The notes below the pieces were generated by a model that worked only from the letters and a program-made list of their open reading frames with translations, made no database searches and had not been told where the DNA came from. The translations under genes were made by a program, and so were the position numbers. DNA of 19,935 nt from NCBI GenBank assembly GCA_048884785.1, contig JBHLQM010000064.1:1-19935 (forward strand), given 5' to 3'. Below are positions 6,517 to 13,135 of this stretch, one piece after another (the stretch's first letter is position 1; every line of letters begins with the position of its first letter). This DNA comes from Candidatus Thorarchaeota archaeon (GTDB lineage: Archaea; Asgardarchaeota; Thorarchaeia; Thorarchaeales; Thorarchaeaceae).

Positions 6517-7837
6517 TCGATTTGATGACCTTCTTGGTATTTCCTCTCTCCAATTGAAGATGGACTCTAGGATTCTTTCTCAAGAAGTCCCTGATTTCTT
6601 GGACTGCTGCCATCGCCTTATCGCGCTCCCCATCAATGGAATCCCACCCTCTTCTCTCATTAGGTTTAACGCGTTGCCTTTCCACCGCATTAACAGTAAT
6701 ATCCCTTTCAAAGAGCTCGCTTGGCGGGGGTCCCTTTCCGACGACAGCATCGAAAAAGACCCTTCTTGCGCGTTCCCATTCTCTAGCTCTTTCGAGTTCT
6801 TCAACTACATATCCTTCTCTGTGGACCTCAAGGACTTCATAGGGGCAGGAATGTTCGCAGGCTCCACAATATACACAATTCTCGTCCCTTATGGCAATCT
6901 TATCTTCCGTCCCAGTTGGGTAGATGGCCTTCACAGGGCAGATGTTGAAGCAATTATTGCACCCTGTAGGGTCACATTTTTCCAGTTTCACTATTCTGAC
7001 TTCGCCTGCAAAAGGCTTGGTGACTTCAAGCGCATCATAAGGGCAGACCTCCGCACAAAGACCACACTTGACACATGTATCGTCATTGTGTGTAAGCTTG
7101 CCACTGATCTCAGGGTCCTTGATCTCTCTTGGGGACGATTCCGAGCAGGTCACCTCAATTGCCTCGTCTGGGCAAATTTTGGCGCAGAGACCACAGTAGT
7201 CACACTTCTCCTCAGTGACTCTTATTGCCACGGCTGGCCTAAAATCTGGAGGTTCTGCTGAGTCTGACCAAAATATCGTGATGGCTTCAGGACAGAGCAG
7301 TTCACATAGCCCGCAGAGAGAACACTTTTCTTCATCAATCTTGATAGTCCCCTTTGCATATTCCTCTCCCTCATATGTAACCAAGTCCACTTTCCTGTCA
7401 ACCTTAACATCTACATCAAGGGATTTTGTGGGGCATACTTTCGCACAAAGAAGACAAGGTTTGCATTTTTCCTCATCAATTGTGTGTACCCCGTCTATGC
7501 GGTTGAATTCGTTTACAGCCCCCTCTCCCTCATACTTTGCGTCAAATGCACGGAAGATACAGGCGGAATCACAGAGACCACAGAAAGTGCAGGCTTCAGG
7601 GTCAACATTCACAAGAGAAGCTCCCTCAATCAGCCCGGAGGCCATTTCTTTGACAGGTCCCATGGTGATGGCATCCCATGGACACGGAAGGCACAGATTG
7701 CACCCCACACATTTTGAAATCTCATGGTCAAGAGTCTTTGTCAGAAGTGAGGTCTTCCAGACAAGTCTTACCTTTCCATCGACAAGATCCATGGAAATTA
7801 CTGGCTTTTCACCAACTGAAACGCCATGTTTCTCCAT
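6485..7837 (-). CDS. fwdF: FwdF/FmdF-type polyferredoxin, 8 x [4Fe-4S]
   Basis: Eight ferredoxin motifs: CVGCNLCLPCP, CTFCGLCDSACI, CKPCLLCAKVCP, CSLCGLCELLCP, CDYCGLCAKICP, CVKCGLCAEVCP, CDPTGCNNCFNICP, CVYCGACEHSCP. ATG 7837 lies 4 nt after the hdrA stop with GGTG upstream. Confidence 0.8.
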   Translation of the reverse strand: MEKHGVSVGEKPVISMDLVDGKVRLVWKTSLLTKTLDHEISKCVGCNLCLPCPWDAITMGPVKEMASGLIEGASLVNVDPEACTFCGLCDSACIFRAFDAKYEGEGAVNEFNRIDGVHTIDEEKCKPCLLCAKVCPTKSLDVDVKVDRKVDLVTYEGEEYAKGTIKIDEEKCSLCGLCELLCPEAITIFWSDSAEPPDFRPAVAIRVTEEKCDYCGLCAKICPDEAIEVTCSESSPREIKDPEISGKLTHNDDTCVKCGLCAEVCPYDALEVTKPFAGEVRIVKLEKCDPTGCNNCFNICPVKAIYPTGTEDKIAIRDENCVYCGACEHSCPYEVLEVHREGYVVEELERAREWERARRVFFDAVVGKGPPPSELFERDITVNAVERQRVKPNERRGWDSIDGERDKAMAAVQEIRDFLRKNPRVHLQLERGNTKKVIKSIREQEEIPDE

Positions 7838-7841
7838 GTAT

Positions 7842-10256
7842 CTATACACCGCCTGCCTTCTGGGCTGTCTTCTCAAGTTCCTTGCCAAGAGGTCCTATTC
7901 TTGTGACTTCATTCACGAACTCAGTTACCTGTTCTGCAAATCTATCAGCTTCTGATGCCGAGGTACTTCCGAAGTACAGGCGCCTCTCGTCGATTCCTGC
8001 GGCCTTGAGAACATCCTTCAGATTTTCCGTCCTATCCATAGCATGTTTTGCGCCTGACCGATAGTGACAGTCTTGTACGTGGCATCCCATGACAGCAACA
8101 CCATCAGCCCCCTCAGCAAATGCTGTGAGCAGTGTATCTGCGTTCAGGCGGCCTGTACAGGGTACCTGAATCGGAATCATATTTGCTGGATATCTCATGC
8201 GTGCAGTTCCTGCCCTGTCAGCAGCTCTGTAGGCACACCATCGACATAAATAGCCCACAATAGCTGGTCTGTTGGGATTGAATTGAATTGCTGCCCTAGT
8301 TGCGTTCTCTAGCTGTTCATTGGTCAAACATGGCAAATCAAGAGCGCCTGACGGGCAAGCGGCCACACACGCTCCGCACGCACGGCATGCAACCAGATCA
8401 ATATCTGGTACCTCCTCTCCGTTGAACTTGATTGCTTTGGATGTGCAGACTTGTTCGCAGAGTCTGCACGCAATGCATAGATCAACATCAAAGGATGGCA
8501 CACAAGCGTCTGTTATCACCTCACCTGAAGCCAGCAATGTCTTTACTTTAGAAGCAGCAAGACCTGCGTGTGCTACAGTGTCTGCTATATCCTTAGGACC
8601 CTGAGCCACTCCAGCCAAGAAAACACCCCTTGACTCGGTGCTGCTTGGCGCAAGTTTCGGATGCTGTTCAAGAAAGAATCCGTTCTCATCTAGAGGTGCT
8701 TTGAAAAGTCTAGCAAGTTCTGGATTGCTTGGTTCTGGATCCATTCCCACCATGAGAACCACTAGGTCGACCTCCATCTCCATCATTCTTCTGAGAAGGG
8801 TGTCTTCGGCTCTTATAGTGGTCTTCCGCGTTACCGGATCCTGAAAGACTTCGCCAATTGAACCTCGAATGAAATTGACTTTGTATTCCTCTGCAGCTCG
8901 GACATAGAGTTCTTCTTGTCCTTTGCCAAAGGTTCTCATATCAGTATAGAAGACGAATGCCTCGCTTTCAGGTAGCTGTTGTTTGAGCTGGATAACTTCC
9001 TTTACAGCTGCAGAGCAACAGGCTCTACTACAATATGGTCGTTGGAATCTATGCGACCTGCTCCCAACACAAGGAGCAAAGACAATGCGATGTGGGGTTG
9101 TGCCATCTGAGGGTTTTACTAGTTTTCCCCCGCTTGGTCCTCCAGGGTTCATTAGACGTTCCAATTCAACAGAGGTCACCACATCCGGAATTTCTCCATA
9201 ACCCAGTTCCTCAACAATTGTAGGATTAAATGGTTTGAAGCCAGTCGCTACAATTACCGCACCTACATCAAGTATCTCTGTATCATCAAGCTCATCATAA
9301 CGGAGTGATTTTGGTTCACACACTCCGGCGCACGACTGACATCCAATACAATTCTCAATATCGATATACGGAGCTTTGGGGACTGCATCGACAGTAGGAC
9401 GCACCATTGCTCTCCGTTTTCCAAGACCGTTGTTGTATTCATCAATCACATCTACAGGACATACTTCGATACATCGATTGCATCCGGTGCATGTATCAAT
9501 GTCAACATATCTTGCCGCTTTTCTAACGGTGACACGGTATTGCCCAACTCTACCTTTCACCTCAATAACATCGGCAAGGGTAATGATTCGGATAGATGGA
9601 TGTCTTGCCGCCCGTGCCATCATTGGGCCGAGGATACATATACTACAGTCAAATGTTGGAAAGAGCTTGTCGAATTTCGCCATATGCCCTCCAATGAAGC
9701 CTTCTCTCTCCACAATGACAGTTTCAATTCCAGCATCTGCAAGCTCTAGAGCTGCAGTGACTCCAGCGACTCCTCCACCCACAACGAGAGCTCGTTGCAC
9801 AATAGGCATCTCGCGTGTCGGAATTGCATAGGACTCCCTCACTCTCGCGATACCAGTATCAATGATCGCAGCCGCCTTTTCTGTAGCGGCTTCGGGGTCA
9901 TCATAATGCACCCAACTGCATTGCTCTCTTATATTCGCCATGTGCAGATATCCTGGATTGATACCAGCTTCTTTCACAGCGTCTGAAAACAGTTCGCTGT
10001 GTAGCAGTGGCGAGCAGCCTGCAATCACAACTCTCTCTGATTTGCTTTTCTTGATTTTATCAATTAAATCGAACACTCCCTGCTCCGAGCAGAGATGATC
10101 GTCAACATCCACGAGAGGAATTCCTTGTTTTTCATATCTTTCTCTCAATCTATCGATATCTATCGTTTCTGCAATATTGGAGCCGCAGCGACACAAGAAG
10201 ACGGCTAGTTTATCCTTACCTTCTGTTTTTCTAGTGGTAGGCTTCTTGCGGCTCAC
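7842..10256 (-). CDS. hdrA: Heterodisulfide reductase subunit A fused to an MvhD/FlpD [2Fe-2S] domain
   Basis: N-terminal VFLCRCGSNIA..LCS..AGCSP..ANIREQCSWVH; FAD motif GGGVAG; FPTFDCSICILGP; two ferredoxin domains; ELERL; CVGSR..YCSRACC; GPKDI. C-terminal MvhD motifs YLCRWCAY, PCTGR, GADGV and GCH..DCHY. GTG 10256 with SD AGGTGA preferred over 10265. Confidence 0.93.
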   Translation of the reverse strand: MSRKKPTTRKTEGKDKLAVFLCRCGSNIAETIDIDRLRERYEKQGIPLVDVDDHLCSEQGVFDLIDKIKKSKSERVVIAGCSPLLHSELFSDAVKEAGINPGYLHMANIREQCSWVHYDDPEAATEKAAAIIDTGIARVRESYAIPTREMPIVQRALVVGGGVAGVTAALELADAGIETVIVEREGFIGGHMAKFDKLFPTFDCSICILGPMMARAARHPSIRIITLADVIEVKGRVGQYRVTVRKAARYVDIDTCTGCNRCIEVCPVDVIDEYNNGLGKRRAMVRPTVDAVPKAPYIDIENCIGCQSCAGVCEPKSLRYDELDDTEILDVGAVIVATGFKPFNPTIVEELGYGEIPDVVTSVELERLMNPGGPSGGKLVKPSDGTTPHRIVFAPCVGSRSHRFQRPYCSRACCSAAVKEVIQLKQQLPESEAFVFYTDMRTFGKGQEELYVRAAEEYKVNFIRGSIGEVFQDPVTRKTTIRAEDTLLRRMMEMEVDLVVLMVGMDPEPSNPELARLFKAPLDENGFFLEQHPKLAPSSTESRGVFLAGVAQGPKDIADTVAHAGLAASKVKTLLASGEVITDACVPSFDVDLCIACRLCEQVCTSKAIKFNGEEVPDIDLVACRACGACVAACPSGALDLPCLTNEQLENATRAAIQFNPNRPAIVGYLCRWCAYRAADRAGTARMRYPANMIPIQVPCTGRLNADTLLTAFAEGADGVAVMGCHVQDCHYRSGAKHAMDRTENLKDVLKAAGIDERRLYFGSTSASEADRFAEQVTEFVNEVTRIGPLGKELEKTAQKAGGV

Positions 10257-10485
10257 ATGTTTCACCTGATTGATAGGGCAAACCGTTTGTTTTGTACCTC
10301 GCTACGGTGCCGCTGAGATTGTATAAGTTTGCCTCTAGAGGACACGAAGTACCATATATTCTGTTTTCCTGTAGGAATTTAATCCGTGTAAGATATTATC
10401 TGCACCCACCGTATAGTTCATGTACAAAACAGGGAATGGCTTGAGGAGTGTCACAATCAAGTATTGATTGTGGAGGCATATTATA
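10257..10485. promoter_or_regulatory. Divergent promoter region between hdrA-fwdF and fwdG-fwdB-cooC
   Basis: About 230 nt non-coding gap between divergent starts; minus-strand BRE/TATA-like GGCAAACTTATACA near 10319-10333; SD GGAGG at 10472-10476. Confidence 0.45.
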
Positions 10486-10944
10486 TTGAAACTCAGCCCC
10501 ATGGAACTATACAATTTGCTGCCAAAGACTAACTGCAGGTTATGTGGGCCCAAGACGTGTATGGCATTTGCAACAAAGCTCGCGCTTGGTGACGTTTCAC
10601 CTGATGAATGTCCTCCTCTCTTGGAAGCAGGGTTTGAGCAGAACCTGCAAAAGATTCGTGATTTAGTTGCTCCATTACAATCAACTGCAGAAACAGGCGT
10701 AAAGCTTGATGAAAGTAAATGTACTGGCTGTGGCAATTGTGTTGTTGTGTGCCCAGTTGATATTGCAGTTGAGCCGCCAACAGGCATTGGCAAAGCTGCC
10801 AAGGATGGTTCGACGGTATTCAGAGTTGAGAATGGAATTTCAAAGATAATCAATTTGGAGAAATGCAGACGATTTCCACCTGACAGGCTTAATTGTCGTG
10901 TCTGTGAGCAATATTGCTGTACTAATGCTATTGAGATATGGTAG
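10486..10944 (+). CDS. fwdG: FwdG-type ferredoxin with an N-terminal CdhE/RnfB-type Fe-S domain
   Basis: N-terminal LLPKTNCRLCGPKTCMAFA..L.....ECP. C-terminal CTGCGNCVVVCPV...G.G......VFRVENG...INLEKC...CRVCEQYCCTNAI is typical of FwdG. TTG 10486 follows SD GGAGG. Confidence 0.75.
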   Translation: MKLSPMELYNLLPKTNCRLCGPKTCMAFATKLALGDVSPDECPPLLEAGFEQNLQKIRDLVAPLQSTAETGVKLDESKCTGCGNCVVVCPVDIAVEPPTGIGKAAKDGSTVFRVENGISKIINLEKCRRFPPDRLNCRVCEQYCCTNAIEIW

Positions 10945-10953
10945 GTGGTGAAT

Positions 10954-12177
10954 ATGGAGGATATAATCTGCAGCGGTTGTTCACTTCTCTGTGATGATGT
11001 TTCTGTTATGGTTGAAAAGGGGGAAGTCAGTTCGATGGGATTATGCCGACTCGGTCATGCTCACCTGACAGAGTCATTCAAGCTCCAAGAACCAACTGCA
11101 ATTATTCGAGAGGATGGGAAATCGCGTAGAGTTTCTCTCGAGGAGGGTATCTCTAATGCCGTCGAGATTCTGAAGAACAGCCAGAAGTCAACTCTACTGT
11201 ATGGATGGGCAAACTCATCAAATGAAACAATCAAAGAAGGCCTTCTTCTTGCGGAATCTCTTGGAGCCCAATTTGAGGCTCTGACCGGAATGGGTGCGAA
11301 TCAGTCGTTGGCCCATGATCTACACAAGTTCAAGCTTGATGTGGACTTGGAGTACGTCAGGAACAATGGAGAGTTCATAATCTATTGGGGATCCGACCCG
11401 ACCGAGAGTCTTCATAGACACCCAAGCAGATTTGCCGTATTGCCTAGAGGTGACAAAATCCCAGAGGGGATAGAGAGCCGAATAATCGGAGTTGTTGATG
11501 TTCGAGAAACAGAAACCATGAAGATGGCAAACCATCGGATAAAGATCCCAATTGGCACTGATGCAGAATTCATCAAACCAATAATATCTGAACTCTCCGG
11601 AAAAGGAGCAATAACTCAGGCAGTTCTAGGCATTCCAGCGGCGGAGATGCTCGGACTTGTGAGAGGTCTTCAGAAATCAGACTGCACAGTGATATTCTAT
11701 GGAAGTGGTATTCTAAATTCAGGCCATGCACAGAAAAACCTTCAGGCAATCAAGGAGCTTGTTGATACTCTCCGTTCCTTAGGAAAGGAGGCATATGCAC
11801 TTCCCATGTTTCCGGAAGCCAATTCGATGGGCGCCATAACCGCTTTGAAGGATGCAGCATCTGGTTCTAGTGTCTTTCTCAATATTATCAATGGGAGCTT
11901 TGCATCCGCACTTGTTGCAGACGATGATGTTCTTGCGGCAATTCCTGGCCCCGCAGCCAAGGCACTTGCTGGGACCAGCATAATCTATATTGGCTCTCCA
12001 GGAACATTCACTGATTCTGTGGCATCTGTTTCATTCCACCTTCCAAATCCTATTACAAGCGGATCCGGGTCCATGGTTCGTATTGACATGATTTCTGCAG
12101 AGTTTAGAGCCTGGCAGGGAAGCAAGAGCATTGTAAGCAAAGCTGAGTTGCTTAACAAGATCCGCAAGGCGATATAA
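10954..12177 (+). CDS. FwdB/FmdB-like protein lacking the W/Mo ligand and catalytic residues (putative non-catalytic homologue)
   Basis: FwdB framework: CSGCSLLCDD..CRLG, LLYGW, YWGSDP..SLHRH.SR, VVDVRETET, FYGSG, LPM, GSMVRID. The SVCHGP and MRGHYN motifs are replaced. ATG 10954 follows SD GGTGGTGA. Confidence 0.85.
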   Translation: MEDIICSGCSLLCDDVSVMVEKGEVSSMGLCRLGHAHLTESFKLQEPTAIIREDGKSRRVSLEEGISNAVEILKNSQKSTLLYGWANSSNETIKEGLLLAESLGAQFEALTGMGANQSLAHDLHKFKLDVDLEYVRNNGEFIIYWGSDPTESLHRHPSRFAVLPRGDKIPEGIESRIIGVVDVRETETMKMANHRIKIPIGTDAEFIKPIISELSGKGAITQAVLGIPAAEMLGLVRGLQKSDCTVIFYGSGILNSGHAQKNLQAIKELVDTLRSLGKEAYALPMFPEANSMGAITALKDAASGSSVFLNIINGSFASALVADDDVLAAIPGPAAKALAGTSIIYIGSPGTFTDSVASVSFHLPNPITSGSGSMVRIDMISAEFRAWQGSKSIVSKAELLNKIRKAI

Positions 12178-12197
12178 GAACAAAGGAGAATCAAGAC

Positions 12198-13001
12198 ATG
12201 AAAGTAGCAGTTGCAGGAAAAGGCGGAGTCGGCAAGACAACGGTGGCAGGTACCCTAGCCCGGCTACTCGGACAGGATGGCTTGCATATCCTTGCAGTCG
12301 ATGCCGATCCTAGTTATACACTCTGGTCTGCCATAGGAATTCCAGCGGAAGTGGCCGCCAAGATTGTTCCTCTCACCGAGAATGCCGAGTTGGTTGAAGA
12401 ACGACTGCAGATTAAAGAAGTGGGTCCGACTTCCACTGGTGTCTTTAAGCTCAATCCTCGTGTTGACGATCTTGCAGCCAAATTTGCCATTAGAGGGCCC
12501 GATAATGTAGACCTGCTTGTTGCAGGAACTGTTGATGTGGGTGGTTCTGGTTGCATGTGTCCATCTGCGACTCTGCTCAAATCTCTCATGCGGCATCTTG
12601 TGATTGGAACAGATGAGGCATTCATCATGGACATGGATGCGGGTGTGGAAAACTTGGGCCGTGGAACAACCAAAGGTATGGATGCGCTCATAGTCGTTAC
12701 AGAGCCAGGACGAAGAGCACTTGACATTCTCGGGAAAATCAGAAATCTTGCAGGTGATATTGGAGTAGGGCGGGTGTTTGCTGTAGGAAATAAGATAGCA
12801 ACTCCTGAAGATGAGCAGATGATACGAGATCGAGTAGAATCTGAAGGGATACCAATTTTGGGTATGATTCCTCTTGACGACTCAATCAAAGAGGCAGATA
12901 GAAGAGGAATGGCTCCAATAGACTTGGAACCCAAATCTCCAGCGATGATGGCAATCAGAGAAATCAAGCAGAGAATCGTTCAAGAAACCAAAACCGCCTA
13001 G
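12198..13001 (+). CDS. cooC: CO dehydrogenase/ACS nickel-insertion ATPase (CooC/AcsF family)
   Basis: Deviant Walker A GKGGVGKTT, DADP, FKLNPRVDD, Ni-binding GCMCP, DMDAGVENLGRG and GNK; SD AAGGAG upstream. Confidence 0.92.
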   Translation: MKVAVAGKGGVGKTTVAGTLARLLGQDGLHILAVDADPSYTLWSAIGIPAEVAAKIVPLTENAELVEERLQIKEVGPTSTGVFKLNPRVDDLAAKFAIRGPDNVDLLVAGTVDVGGSGCMCPSATLLKSLMRHLVIGTDEAFIMDMDAGVENLGRGTTKGMDALIVVTEPGRRALDILGKIRNLAGDIGVGRVFAVGNKIATPEDEQMIRDRVESEGIPILGMIPLDDSIKEADRRGMAPIDLEPKSPAMMAIREIKQRIVQETKTA

Positions 13002-13135
13002 GTGCTTATTACGCTAATGTAAGTGAAAAGTGAGTAAAGTGACAATTTGTAACCAATCACATCATTTTAGTTAATATTCTTATATATTAATGATTTTTTT
13101 TCATCGCGGCGGATTCATAACTTTCATATGCACCA
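13002..13135 (+). promoter_or_regulatory. AT-rich intergenic region, probable cdh operon promoter/operator
   Basis: TTATATA box at 13080-13086 inside the inverted repeat TTAATAT-N6-ATATTAA (13071-13090); three AAGTGA direct repeats (13021-13042); T8 tract after the box. Confidence 0.5.

Noticed and set aside
6386-7955. Long + strand ORFs 6386..7261 (291 aa) and 7215..7955 (246 aa)
   Set aside because: They lie antisense to the well-supported polyferredoxin and have no recognisable motifs; treated as shadow ORFs.
10335-10853. 172-aa minus-strand ORF spanning fwdG and the divergent promoter
   Set aside because: Antisense to fwdG with no recognisable features.
7842-12177. Possible selenocysteine recoding in HdrA, MvhD or FwdB, which are selenoproteins in some archaea
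   Set aside because: No in-frame TGA in these ORFs: the HdrA/MvhD positions are Cys and the FwdB position is Gly. No convincing SECIS was seen.
10954-12177. Calling the fwdB-like gene a pseudogene or a functional formylmethanofuran dehydrogenase subunit
   Set aside because: The ORF is intact with an SD and Fe-S motif, so it is not a pseudogene on this evidence; the active-site residues are absent, so it is not a canonical FwdB.
12314-12967. 217-aa minus-strand ORF, and the other short antisense ORFs across cooC and cdh
   Set aside because: Antisense shadows of strongly conserved genes, with no motifs.
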